A stretch of DNA of 64,000 nucleotides from Macrostomum lignano (lineage: Eukaryota), in assembly GCA_002269645.1 (NCBI GenBank), contig NIVC01003827.1, forward strand, positions 10,906-74,905. Direction: 5' to 3'. Shown in pieces: positions 47,768-60,942 of the stretch (its first letter is position 1; every line of letters starts with the position of its first letter). Both the position numbers and the translations under genes were made by a program. The notes beneath the pieces are model-generated. The model worked only from the letters and a program-made list of their open reading frames with translations. It was not told the DNA's origin and made no database searches.

Positions 47768-48792
47768 CTGAAAATTTTGTCAAATATTTTTCTTAGATTT
47801 TCTTAGAAACGTATATTTGCCCTAAGTGCAGTTAGAACACACAGAGCAGGGGGTTTTGCCATAGACAAATTCTATCAAGAAGCATTAAAAAATCTGATTC
47901 CCGATAAAAACTCTCTAGCTCATTTCTAAGAAAATCGAGCTCAGAATTGAATTCGAATCGAAATCAGCGCATAAAAAAGTCAGTTGGGGGCATTGTTGAA
48001 ATTTTGTTATGAATATCGACCCCTTCGCATCGGAAATAATCGATATTCGCTGCACCTCAAAGCTCAACCTTTGAGCTCACTGGATTCCTTAAATTATTAA
48101 TGCACTTCTGCACTTCCTCAGCCCCGCAGCAACCGACTCCTGCTTGACCCCGGCAGCAACTGAGCACAGCTGATGAGCTGTTGTTCATCTCGGCAGAAAA
48201 TGGAGAGAAGAAAAAGAAAAAAAATCAGTTGGAGCACCGCGAGTTTTCCCTCCGAGCCGCCCGCCGGTTGGAAGGAGAGAAACCGTCCGGATCAGAGAGG
48301 AGAGGCTGGGAGCAAAGATGACGGACTTCTGTTTATATTGAGAGCGGCAAAGCCTCCCCGTGAGTGAGTTTGAGAGCGCCGCGCTGGCCTGCAGATCCTG
48401 CAGAGGGAGGAGGGCAGCTCATGCGGTCTGCAACTCGATTCTAAAAATAGCGCAGCAGCCAGGAATTTCGAACCCGGGAGTCCCTCTCCCTCCCAGACTA
48501 ATTAAGCCCGAGTCAGACTGCGGCGTCTGTCAGGCGCTGGCGAGGTACCGGGCTCGAATTTCCCGGATGCGGCAGCTTGAGTGAAAATAAAAACGGAGTT
48601 TAGAGCGACTGGGGAAATTCTGCGGGATATGGACGGCGGAGAGGGGGAAAGGGGGAAAAGGACGTTTGCGAATAAGGAACAGATTTACTGACTGCTGTGG
48701 GGACTTTGGGTGACTGGGGACTGCGACAGAGTAAGACGAAAAAATAGTAACAGCTCCTCATGCACTAAGAAAAACTTAGTCAGACCGCCATT

Positions 48793-49150
<358 letters not shown>

Positions 49151-49169
49151 GGACAAGCAGACAAGCAGG

Positions 49170-49657
49170 CAGACAAACAGGCGAGGAATCAGAGGAGACA
49201 GGCGGCGAATCAGAGCGGACAGGCGGGGAATCGCAGAGGACAGGTGGGGAATCAGAGCCGACAGGCGGGGAATCAGAGAGGACAGGCGGGGAATCAGAGC
49301 GGACAGGCGGGGAATCAGAGCGGACAGACGGGGAATCAGAGCGGACGGGCGGGGAATCAGAGCGGACAGACGGGGAATCAGAGCGGACGGGCGGGGAATC
49401 AGAGCGGACAGGCGGGGAATCAGAGCGGACGGGCGGGGAATCAGAGCGGACGGGCGGGGAATCAGAGAGGACAGGCGGGGAATCAGAGCGGACAGGCGGG
49501 GAATCAGAGCGGACGGGCGGGGAATCAGAGCGGACGGGCGGGGAATCAGAGAGGACAGGCGGGGAATCAGAGCGGACGGGCGGGGAATCAGAGAGGACAG
49601 GCGGGGAATCAGAGCGGACGGGCGGGGAATCAGAGAGGACAGGCGGGGAATCAGAGC
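49170..49657. repeat. 21-bp minisatellite GGCGGGGAATCAGAGCGGACA, about 23 copies, abutting the (GACA)n tract
   Basis: 7-aa period (GNQSGQA) in the ORF track. Confidence 0.95.
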
Positions 49658-50809
49658 GACCCCCAGCTTGTCCCCCCAGCTGGGAAAGTACAACGTGTCG
49701 GGCTGCTATTTTGCAAATTAGAATAATGAGGAACGTGGGGGGAAAAAGTCGGCGTCACAACGAAGGAAAGGATGAGGCGATTCGCAAGGAGGCTGCAGCT
49801 CGTGGGAATTGGGACGCCGCCTTGAGCGAGAATTCCTGGCTCAGTGGGATTTGGCAAGATAGAATGAATTCGATGGGATGCCCTGCTTCACAGGAGTTGA
49901 GAATCCCGCGCGAGTCCGACTGAGGTAGCGAGTGAGAATAATGAGGCAGCCGACAATAAAGCTGTAAGACTGACACGCACACGGATGCGTACATTGTGCA
50001 CCAGCGGCACTGACTCTCATTGCCGCGCTCACGGACAGCTGAAGCAGAAGACAGCTGCACTACAGAAGCAACAGACGGCCCCGTGTTCGCGGCAAAATGC
50101 ATTGGCGAGGTTGGAAAGTTTTCAGTTCAAGGACTACTTAAGTAGATGGATGGGAAACTTCGTTTCTTGGAATGTTTTAGAAGGCCGGTTTTACCCGAAA
50201 GAATACATTAAGGAGAACGGAGGTTATTATTTTTTTAGCACAAAATTTGTTAGCTAGCTGAAAAAAAGTGGATTTTTTCTGTATCTCAGCAGTTCCTTCT
50301 CGAAAATCAGACTCAAGCAACTACTTTCCCCCAAAAGGTCTCAGAGAGCCGCTGCTCTGGGTTGAGTACTGCGGTAATATTCAAACTTTCCCTAAGGAAC
50401 TGCTGAATATATCAGCGATGTTGAAAAGCGGCCAGCTGCCGCCACTCCGCGGAACTGGATCGAGGACAGAAGTTGTGCAGAATGCTGATCTTCTTGCATT
50501 CTGGGAAGACCCAGATCACGGATGAGGGGAGCCGGAAGATGAAAACATGACAGTTCGAGTTAAAAGGGCCGAACGATCCTGTTGGAATTCTGCCGATGGC
50601 CGAAGTTCGAAATTTCGCACTAAAGGCTTTGCCAGAAATGCACCATTCAAAACTGCGATCGATCCCCGCTGGCACCAGGATTGAAGTCGCAGTGAATGCG
50701 CAGATCAAAAACTGTTTCCATGCTTTGGCTTTAAGCGCAATGCAGCACTAATTAGTGGCAGCGTTTAGCAATTAATATGGAGAGTCATTTACTGCGTGTT
50801 TAATCATAT

Positions 50810-51558
50810 GTAGATGATAGATTAGCAATCCATTCTATTCCTTCATCACTGATGTAGGCTAGATTAGCAATCCATTCTATTCCTTCATGACTAATGTAGG
50901 TGATAGATTAGCAATCCATTCTATTCCTTCATGACTAATGTAGGCTAGATTAGCAATCCATTCTATTCCTTCATGACTGATGTAGGCTAGATTAGCAATC
51001 CATTCTATTCCTTCATCTCTGATGTAGGCTAGATTAGCAATCCATTTTATTCCTTCATCTCTGATTTAGGCTAGATTAGCAATCCATTCTATTCCTTCAT
51101 CACTGATATTAGCTAGACTAGCAATCCATTCTATTCCTTCATCACTGATGTTGGCTAGATTAGCAATCCATTCCATTCCTTAAACAGTGATTTTGGATAG
51201 ATTAGCAATCCATTCTATTCCTTAAACAGTGATTTTTGGATAGATTAGCAATCCATTCTATTCCTTAAACAGTGATTTTGGATAGATTAGCAATCCATTC
51301 TATTTCTTAAACAGTGATTTTGGATAGATTAGCAATCCATTCTATTCCTTAAACAGTGATTTTGGATAGATTAGCAATCCATTCTATTCCTTAAACAGTG
51401 GTTTTGGATAGATTAGCAATCCATTCTATTCCTTAAAAAGTGATGTTGGATAGATTAGCAATCCATGAACTATTCCTTAAACAGTGATTTTGGACAGATT
51501 AGCAATCCATTCTATTCCTTAAACAGTGATTTTGGACAGATTAGCAATCCATTCTATC
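50810..51558. repeat. 42-bp minisatellite TAGATTAGCAATCCATTCTATTCCTT.., about 18 copies in two sub-blocks
   Basis: 5' units end CATGACTGATGTAGGC, 3' units end AAACAGTGATTTTGGA. Confidence 0.95.
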
Positions 51559-52199
51559 CCCTCACGCACTCGAGAGTTCGACAGTGCAGCGGTGCTCGCC
51601 CTGCAGTCCTCACCTGTCAGCAGTCAGCGGTAGAACACAGCAGCAGTTGCACTGCTGCAGCTCTTTCTATGACGTCACGGCAGTACTTTGTTCTTGTAGC
51701 AGAAATTTTCACCGTTATAGCTATACGGCATCACTCATAAATATTGTCTGGGGGTGAGCTGGGCTGCGCCGAAGTCCTGGTGGACAATGCCCCCCCCCCT
51801 GCTGCGCTGATAACCCCAGCAGCTCGCCAAGCTGCTCTGGGCTGGGGGCGCCCATCAGAGCGGATTGGCCGATAAGCGCACCTCAGGCGGCTGGGCTCTC
51901 CCGCATTGGCCCGGTCAGTTCTGCAGCAAAAAGAGCTGCCCACGCTCTGATGCCGCTGAGGGCCAAATTGATTGACCCCAGAGACTGGCTGGCAACCGGC
52001 TGATGCCGCAGCGGCTTCCCCTATTCTTCAGTGTTTTATGAAATTGCCCTGAACACAATGGCGGCTAATCGCGCGTCCAGGAGAAATGCAGATTTTACAG
52101 CTTAGGCACGGGGGGACAAGAGATGCAGAGGATTCTGGGAGCCTGCAGAGGATGAGGATTGATGAGGATGCGAGGATTCTGCTCAAAAATATTTTGATC

Positions 52200-52498
52200 G
52201 CAGCAACTGAGGATCTGGGAGGCTGGCCCAGCAACTGAGGATCTGGGAGGCTGGCCCAGCAACTGAGGATCTGGGAGGCTGGCCCAGCAACTGAGGATCT
52301 GGGAGGCTGGCTTAGCAACTGAGGATCTGGGAGGCTCGCCCAGCAACTGAGGATCTGGGAGGCTGGCCCAGCAACTGGGGATCTGGGAGGCTGGCTCAGC
52401 AACTGAGGATCTGGGAGGCTGGCTCAGCAACTGAGGATCTGGGAGGCTGGCCCAGCAACTGAGGATCTGAGAGGCTGGCCCAGCAAGTGAGGATCTGC
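52200..52498. repeat. 28-bp minisatellite CAGCAACTGAGGATCTGGGAGGCTGGCC, about 10 copies
   Basis: cagcaac at 52201 and 52229. Confidence 0.95.
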
Positions 52499-53699
52499 GA
52501 TGTGGGAGTAAATCAGATGCAAAAAGTCGGAATTAACAAAGCCACTTACTGTCACACAGCATCTGATGTTTTCATTGACATTCATCTCAGCCATGCCTGA
52601 ATCTCAAGATTCAAGAGGAAGGCAGAGCAGCAGGATCTGATTGAGAAGAAAAATCGGAATTGGTTTTCTGTTTTCCTATAGTTGGACTTGGCAGTAACCA
52701 GGAGATAAGTGCGCAGGAAAGATTGAGAGAGGTAAGGAAAAGAGTTAGGGAGAAGGGCGAGAGGGTGAGGGAGAGGGTGAGAGGGTGAGGAGAGGGTGAA
52801 GAAGATGGTGAGGGAGAGGGCGCAAATCAAACACATACGTACACTAGTCGTAGTAGGCAATGATTAGAAAATAACGACTGATTGATATATTTGAAGTCAG
52901 CGTGGATTTGCTGTGCGACTTGAATGGCAGATGCTTGTGGCACACAGTTGCCTTTTATTGCCTGTAGCTCTTTTTAGCACTAATAAAATCACAATGGTGT
53001 CACCTTCTGGACTTCCAGAAGGCGCAAGCGGCTGTTTCATTCGAGGTGGCACTCGCAAGTTTGTCAAGAAAAAGTTTGAAATTAGCAATATTTTGGAGAG
53101 CGGCAGTGCTTAAACTACAGTTGTGTTTTTTATACGGGTTTTGTAAAGATTTGCTATTCAAAGGTTCCAAGGTATCGCCATAGACAATTCGGTGGGAAAG
53201 TTCCGCGCTTAGTACGAAAGTACGAGATTGTACGATATTGCATTATGACTACGTGGCTCTGATATTCGATTATTGCCATAGACGATTTCTTTTGTCCCGA
53301 AAAGGCGGGCCGATATTTTTGTGTATTTCAATCAAACAACAAGAGCAGACACAACAAACAGAGAAAGAATCAGAACAGAATACAGTCAGAGTCCGGAGCC
53401 AAACTGAGAATTGGCAAAAAGCGTCCGTTTCGGAGCTAATCATTAGCACTCACAAACGTAAAATTTGGCCCCGTTTTTATCCAAGACGATGGGATTGACG
53501 CCGGATTTATCAGACTGGTCAATAGTTGATACGGCAGCTGGAACGCTAGATGTCCTCCACGTCCCTCCATCTTGGCAAGTTCATCCAGGTCTTGGTCAGT
53601 CAAAAGCCTATGTGTGGACACTTGAGCCAGAAAAGTATCAAAATCATTTCCGCCTCCAGCACTGGCAGTTCCGTGAACTGAGAACCATCTAATTCTTCC

Positions 53700-54690
53700 T
53701 CGGGGGTGCGGGACGGAGTCTAACCATAGACGAATTCTCATCAACCGGGGGTGCGGGGACGGAGTCTAACCATAGACGAATTCTCATCAACCAGGGATGC
53801 GGGGACGGAGTCTAACCATAGACGAATTCTCATCAACCGGGGGTGCGGGGACGGAGTCTAACCATAGACAAATTCTCATCAACCGGGGGTGCGGGGACGG
53901 AGTCTAACCATAGACAAATTCTCATCAACCGGGGATGCGGGGACGGAGTCTAACCATAGACAAATTCTCATCAACCGGGGATGCGGGGACGGAGTCTAAC
54001 CATAGACAAATTCTCATCAACCGGGGATGCGGGGACGGAGTCTAACCATAGACAAATTCTCATCAACCGGGGGTGCGGGGACGGAGTCTAACCATAGACA
54101 AATTCTCATCAACCAGGGATGCGGGGACGGAGTCTAACCATAGACAAATTCTCATCAACCGGGGTGCGGGGACGGAGTCTAACCATAGACAAATTCTCAT
54201 CAACCGGGGGTGCGGGGACGGAGTCTAACCATAGACAAATTCTCATCAACCGGGGGTGCGGGGACGGAGTCTAACCATAGACAAATTCTCATCAACCGGG
54301 GTGCGGGGACGGAGTCTAACCATAGACAAATTCTCATCAACCGGGGATGCGGGGACGGAGTCTAACCATAGACAAATTCTCATCAACCGGGGTGCGGGGA
54401 CGGAGTCTAACCATAGACAAATTCTCATCAACCGGGGTGCGGGGACGGAGTCTAACCATAGACAAATTCTCATCAACCGGGGATGCGGGGACGGAGTCTA
54501 ACCATAGACAAATTCTCATCAACCGGGGGTGCGGGGACGGAGTCTAACCATAGACAAATTCTCATCAACCGGGGGTGCGGGGACGGAGTCTAACCATAGA
54601 CAAATTCTCATCAACCGGGGATGCGGGGACGGAGTCTAACCATAGACAAATTCTCATCAACCGGGGGTGCGGGGACGGAGTCTAACCTTA
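53700..54690. repeat. 45-46-bp minisatellite GGGGGTGCGGGGACGGAGTCTAACCATAGACAAATTCTCATCAACC, about 21 copies
   Basis: Direct reading; units vary only in the G-run and a few bases. Confidence 0.97.
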
Positions 54691-55159
54691 GACAAATTTT
54701 CATCGATAATAGACAAAAATCGATCTGTTTTTGCTGTTTGCGTTGCTATAAATCCTAATTTTACTATATTATTTTCTTTGCGTGCGTTACGAGTCGTAAA
54801 TCGTAAATACGTTTCTCTGTTTACTAATAAAGTCTATGGTCAAATTTAGAGGGCAAAAAGTTCCGGGCACATAATGCGGTTAGAAATAGCCTATCTCCGT
54901 CAGCTATTTTTGCGGGCAAATAAAGCCAATAGACACACTATCGGGCATGCCTAAAGGCTCGCTGAATTAAAAAGCCTACTAACAATACACTATTGGAGCA
55001 GCTAAAGTTTTACCTAAACTTTGCTGGCTTGCCGGAATTTCGATCAAGACAAGTAAACGTTTTAGTGCAGCTCGACCGAAACACACGCTTGCTTTGTTGG
55101 AATTCAGAATTGGGATATGGGAATATGGGAACTGCAGATTAGCAATATGCGACCCTTCA

Positions 55160-55455
55160 TTAAGTGACATCACTTATTAATGTATACCATACTTTGTTGA
55201 AATTTCCTAGAAGTGACGTCATTCGCGAAATCGCAGCCGCAAGCGACGCCATTGGAAATATCCTATAAATGACGTGATTTTCTATATACTCAATGCATGT
55301 GTTATAAGTGACGACGCCATTTTAATCATTTTGCAAGTGACGTCATTTGCAACTTTCTACGAGTGACGTCATTTGCGATAACCGGAAATGACGTAATTAG
55401 TAATAGTTTACAGTTGATTACGTTTTTATTGGCACTTTCCGATACAAGTGCGTCA
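55160..55455. promoter_or_regulatory. Homotypic cluster of CRE/ATF sites
   Basis: Perfect TGACGTCA at 55214, 55338, 55364; TGACGTGA at 55270; TGACGTAA at 55389 preceded by CCGGAAA; TGACATCA at about 55164. Motif match only. Confidence 0.45.
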
Positions 55456-57547
55456 CTGACTATATTTCACTGCCATACTCAATACAGGTTCAAAATAAAA
55501 TTTCGAGTGTCCATACGGAAGTCGCCAAACTTCGCAAGAGCTCGCTGAAAAGTGCAAAGCAGAGGGTTTGCTTATAGTGAATTCGTTATCGCGGAGGCGA
55601 GAGCAAATCAATTCCAAAGGGTTTATCAATCAGCACAGCAGTGGTTGAGAGGGAGTTTGCCCTGCTTGACAAACAACTGCCCTGCAGTCTGCAGATGCAG
55701 CTTTTGACTATGCAATGCAGCTCAAAGCATGTTCCCTATAATGATATATATTTTTGTGTTAGCATAACGTAAACCTAATAAGACGCATGTTTCAGGACTT
55801 TTGTATAAGCGTTTAGCATTTTATAGATAAATGGCGCTGGACAGCATCTGACGAGGGCTGGCCAAATTTAATTAGCATTAGTCGGAAGCATTTCAGAAGC
55901 GGTAAACCCTCCTGAGAGTTGAGATATTCCTTAGAAATTATTTCAAAGGGGTTGAACGGATATACTGTAAGTAGCGCGCCATCTCTACCATGCTCCCATG
56001 CACCTGGTGTTCAACAAGCACAAAATACGCTGTCAATACTTCTTAGAAAAAATTGTGTTCAAAGGAGCGCCCTAAGGCTTGGGTGCCAACGTATTAAGTA
56101 TGTCGCGCGCAGTACGATTCGGCACTGACGCAATTTGCTTGCCGAGGGGATCAGCTGAAGGTGAATTGAACAAGTGTTCAAGAATCCATTTGTATAGTTT
56201 TCACTCGTCATGTACTATCGTATATGTACTTCTTTCTACCCAAGCAATAAAAAGAAAAGAAGCAAATTAAAGCAATCTAAACAGTTGGGTAGGTGACTGC
56301 ATGGAGATGCGTAGATGTATTTTAATATTTATAGATCTGTAAATATTCTATCGTTATTCCTTATTTATTTCATACTAAAGGTATCGAGCAGTACCTTTAG
56401 ATTGTATCCTACCAAAGTAGGTAGACACGGGATAAGTATAAATAAATAAATTTAACACACGTTTGGATTTTTGATTATTTAGAATTCTTAGGCAGTCCAA
56501 AGCTTCAGTAGCACTAATTCAGGGACTACTCAAGGACTACTCAAGTAACATATAAATATATATAGGACGCTACACTCGAAATCTATGGTAAATGTTTTGA
56601 AGGCAACTTTTCGCCGAAAAATGCATTACAGAGATAGGGGGTTTTAGTTTTTTCAGCACAAAAATTGTTTTTGCTTTTGATAAGAGGCAGATCCAGTGTT
56701 CATCTTTTGATATGTTGTGCCTTTCTTATTGCTCTATCGATATTCATAGAGCTTTCTGTTCAGAAATAGTTTTAAAGGCAGGTTTAACCGGAAAAATACA
56801 CTACGGAGATGGGAAATTTCACGATTGTCAACACTAAAACAGTGATTGGGTCTCTTAACAGTGTCAGAGAAAGTTTTAATCACACTATTTTGTGCCTCAG
56901 ATGCTGCTCTAACGACGCATAAATCGATTTTTCATGTTAAATTGGTCTTGTCATTATTTTAAACGTTTTTTTCAAGTGACAGACCAATTTAACGTCCAAT
57001 TCTACATAAGTTGTTCTTGGGACTACTAAATAAATACTCCTTAGTAGACCCTGAGCTAATATTATGTATTTCTAACTACTTGTGCGAAGAAATATCGATA
57101 TGGTGCAAATTTGGTAATTTTGGTATGGTACAAATTGTGCCCCTACATCTAAGTCAAGACCTTACATGCCGCATTTTTCTTTTAATCATTATAACAAAAA
57201 GGTTTAAATAGCTAGAAGTTAAAGTTTATATTTCAGGCTTGTAACAAAATTTGGGCACAGAAAGTTTACTAACATTAAGGACAAAAATGTTTTTCTTTAA
57301 GAAGCCCTCGCGCTAATGACATCATTCATTTCGTCCATTCAGACACATGGACTTTCGTTGGTATTTCCAAGCTTTCATTTTTGCAAACTTTGGCGTGCAA
57401 TTCTTAAGAATATTTCTTTGGTTCGAAGCTTCGTCATGGCTGTCAAACCATTTCACTGTGGTGCTTTAAAAAGGCTTCTTAACTATCTAACAAGAGATTT
57501 GTCTACCGTTAGAGCTTTTGATACTGTAAAAGCTAGTAATAACAATT

Positions 57548-57952
57548 ATGACTATTCAAGTTCAGGATTCTGTCATGAATATTTTAAAGAGCATGATTGA
57601 GTCTGACCAGCAATTTGTTAGCACAGAACTGCCCATGTTTACTACCGAATCCGAACCAACATCAACAACGGTACTGCCCCGATTTGGGCCTAACGCCACG
57701 TCGACATCAGCTATCTTCTTGGTGACATCGGAATTCAACACTGCGAGCGACATCGCTTTTGCTGTTTCAGCTGCTCTAATCGTCCTGGTGATTGTAGCAG
57801 CGGTTCTAATCCTATTTTGGCGTCGCAGTACTCGACGGACGAACTCTGCTGAGAGGACAAATCGTGCTCCTTCCAATCTGATTGTCCGACAGAATCCCAA
57901 CAGCCCAGACTGCACTGAAGCAGAGGACTGCCAGCTTGAAAGTTTTGTGTGA
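57548..57952 (+). CDS. Small single-pass membrane protein, or terminal exon from acceptor 57565/57566: S/T-rich ectodomain, TM, basic stop-transfer, C-terminal PDZ-binding motif
   Basis: S/T/P-rich segment, TM IAFAVSAALIVLVIVAAVLILFW, then RRSTRR, ending ESFV-stop. Followed by about 1 kb of AT-rich 3' UTR-like sequence with AATAAA near 58577. Confidence 0.7.
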   Translation: MTIQVQDSVMNILKSMIESDQQFVSTELPMFTTESEPTSTTVLPRFGPNATSTSAIFLVTSEFNTASDIAFAVSAALIVLVIVAAVLILFWRRSTRRTNSAERTNRAPSNLIVRQNPNSPDCTEAEDCQLESFV

Positions 57953-59009
57953 CAACTCAGCAATGATTTTGCATTTACTATTGCTGACTTAGTTTCATGT
58001 TGCCATATTCTATCTAGATAAGCTATAGGCATGGTTATTTTATATACTAGCATGTGGTACACCTATGTCTTTGCTTACATTTTTATCAACTGCTTTTGTC
58101 TTCTACTCACCCTTTTGATCAAAGAAATTCATTTTTATTAATCAAATACAGATTTAACTATGCACTGGGGTAGTGGATTATATAAGGCCTCTCATATTTC
58201 AATTTCAAGGCCTTAGTTTAGGTTTCAGCAATGTCATTATATTCTGATTTTTTTAATCATTGTTATTCAGATAGGTGTTATTATATTTTTATTTATTTTC
58301 TGTATGATTATAATTCAATTTATCTTTTTATCCAATGCTGTAGTGCAGGCGCTACATATTTGAGTTTTTTTGTTTTGTGGCAATCTTTTTTAAAGTAACA
58401 TTGTTTTACATTTTTCCTAATTCAATTAATAATTCTATTATAAATTATAATTTATAGGGTTCAAAAAATGTGTATGCAAATTCTACTGATGCTCTGTATG
58501 TTTTAGTTGTTGTTTTATCTGCTATTTAAAGTTGATTAAACAATTAACATCTGTATTATCCTGATTATTTGCTTTTAAATAAACATGAATGTTTGATTGT
58601 TATTATTAACTATTAAGCATTGGTATTCAAGCCCATGATTTTCTGATGCTGTGTTTGAAATTTTTATGCACAGATACTTAAAAGTTTTTGTTTGTTTCAT
58701 TTTATTTAAACTGACCTGGCAAATCATTGTTGAATGAGTTTTAAGCTGAATTTCTCAAAAACAACTTACCAGATTGCTTAAGCTTATCATTTTTATTTTT
58801 CTATATCTGAAAACCATAAGACTACTGGCTATTCACATACAGTAGTATAACTGTGCTCATTAAAAACTTTTGTTGTTTTAATCTATACAGCGTTAGGCTA
58901 TTCACGTGAAGTGTATCTTCTCCTGTTTAATACTCATGATGGCATTTAAACATCATTTATTTTCATTCTGGGTTTGTATAGGAATTTTTCTTTTTGCATG
59001 GGCAGGTGC

Positions 59010-59946
59010 TGGTGTACATGGAAATCTCTCTCTTTGGGCAAGCGCCGCCATGTTGTGTACATAGAATCTCTCTCATTGGACAGGCGTTGATGTACATAGA
59101 ATCTCTCTCATTGGACAGGCGTTGATGTACATAGAATCTCTCTCATTGGACAGGCGTTGATGTACATAGAATCTCTCTCATTGGACAGGCGTTGATGTAC
59201 ATAGAATCTCTCTCATTGGACAGGCGTTGATGTACATAGAATCTCTCTCATTGGACAGGCGTTGATGTACATTGAAATCTCTCTCTTAGGACAGGCGTTG
59301 ATGTACATTGAAATCTCTCTCTTAGGACAGGCGTTGATGTACATTGAAATCTCTCTCTTAGGACAGGCGTTGATGTACATTGAAATCTCTCTCTTAGGAC
59401 AGGCGTTGTGTACATACAAATCACTCTCATTGGACAGGCGTTGATGTACATTGAAATCTCTCTCTTAGGGCAGGCGTTGTGTACATACAAATCACTCTCA
59501 TTGGACAGGCGTTGATGTGCATAGAAATCTCTCTCTTAGGACAGGCGTTGATGTACATAGAATCTCTCTCATTGGACAGGCGTTGATGTACATTGAAATC
59601 TCTCTCTTAGGACAGGCGTTGATGTACATTGAAATCTCTCTCTTAGGACAGGCGTTGTGTACATACAAATCACTCTCATTGGACAGGCGTTGATGTACAT
59701 TGAAATCTCTCTCTTAGGGCAGGCGTTGTGTACATACAAATCACTCTCATTGGACAGGCGTTGATGTACATTGAAATCTCTCTCTTAGGGCAGGCGTTGT
59801 GTACATACAAATCACTCTCATTGGACAGGCGTTGATGTACATTGAAATCTCTCTCTTAGGGCAGGCGTTGTGTACATACAAATCACTCTCATTGGACAGG
59901 CGTTGATGTACATTGAAATCTCTCTCTTAAGGCAGGCGTTGTGTAC
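59010..59946. repeat. 35/36-bp minisatellite GTTGATGTACAT(T)GAAATCTCTCTC..GGACAGGC with alternating variants
   Basis: About 26 copies; the 3' half alternates two variants. Confidence 0.95.
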
Positions 59947-60294
59947 ATGTACTTCAGTATATCTCTTTGTCGTATTGTGTGACTTCGTAATTGTGCACAG
60001 TATAATCAATTGTTCTTATTGACTTGACTGACAATTTCTTCATTTGAGCAGTGTGAGCCGTCCTCTTGCACCTGAATGGCATTCAGAATAAAAAAGAATC
60101 TCGCTGTGCTGCATCTGCAGGCGCCCTTCTGAGTTATCCATATAATAGATTATTCTCATTCATACAGATTCCCCTCTCTAGATCCCTAAGGATGTCATTC
60201 CGTTTGCATTAGCTGCTGGTGTCAGGGACACAAGTTACTTTTGTGAGGCTCGTAAATGGATCGACGATTTGAATCGACGATAGCCTCCAGCCTA

Positions 60295-60600
60295 GTGAAG
60301 GGGATGAAAGGACAATAAAGGGGATGGGAGGATAATGAAGGGGACGGGAGGACAATGAAGGGGATGGGAGGATAATGAAGGGGACGGGAGGACAATGAAG
60401 GGGATGGGAGGACAATAAAGCGGATGGGAGGACAATGAAAGGGATGGGAGGACAATAAAGCGGATGGGAGGACAATGAAGGGGATGGGAGGACAATGAAG
60501 GGGATGGGAGGACAATGAAGGGGATGGGAGGACAATGAAGCGGATGGGAGGACAATGAAGAGGATGGGAGGACAATGAAGAGGATGGGAGGACAATGAAG
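60295..60600. repeat. 20-bp minisatellite GGATGGGAGGACAATGAAGG, about 15 copies
   Basis: Direct reading. Confidence 0.95.
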
Positions 60601-60942
60601 ATTCTCAGAAAAAGGAACGTTTGAGAAGATAATGAACGAAATACGAGGTCAAACTACGGGGCTGGGGGGTCAGAGTCGGGTTGTATGGAAACACGTGAAA
60701 TGAGCACTTTCTGGTGAGTGAGGGAGAGGCGAGATAAAAAAACTGAAAATCAGGAATCTTACATAAAAATGAAATTGAATTGCTCATACTAATTGAAGCG
60801 GAGAGGGCAGAGGCCGTAAAGTGGCGGAGAGACAGACAGGTAATTGGAGTGAAGAAGGCGGCCCAGCTGCTCTGTGATTGGCGGAGCACCTGAGCAATGG
60901 CTGAGTAGCTCTCTGAGCAGTCAGTTTAATTACTTAAGCTGC

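Noticed and set aside
57316-57600. ORF with PFHCGALKRLLNYL resembling an LRR C-terminal cap
   Set aside because: Only a partial motif, no LRR repeats upstream, and it overlaps the better-supported membrane ORF in another frame.
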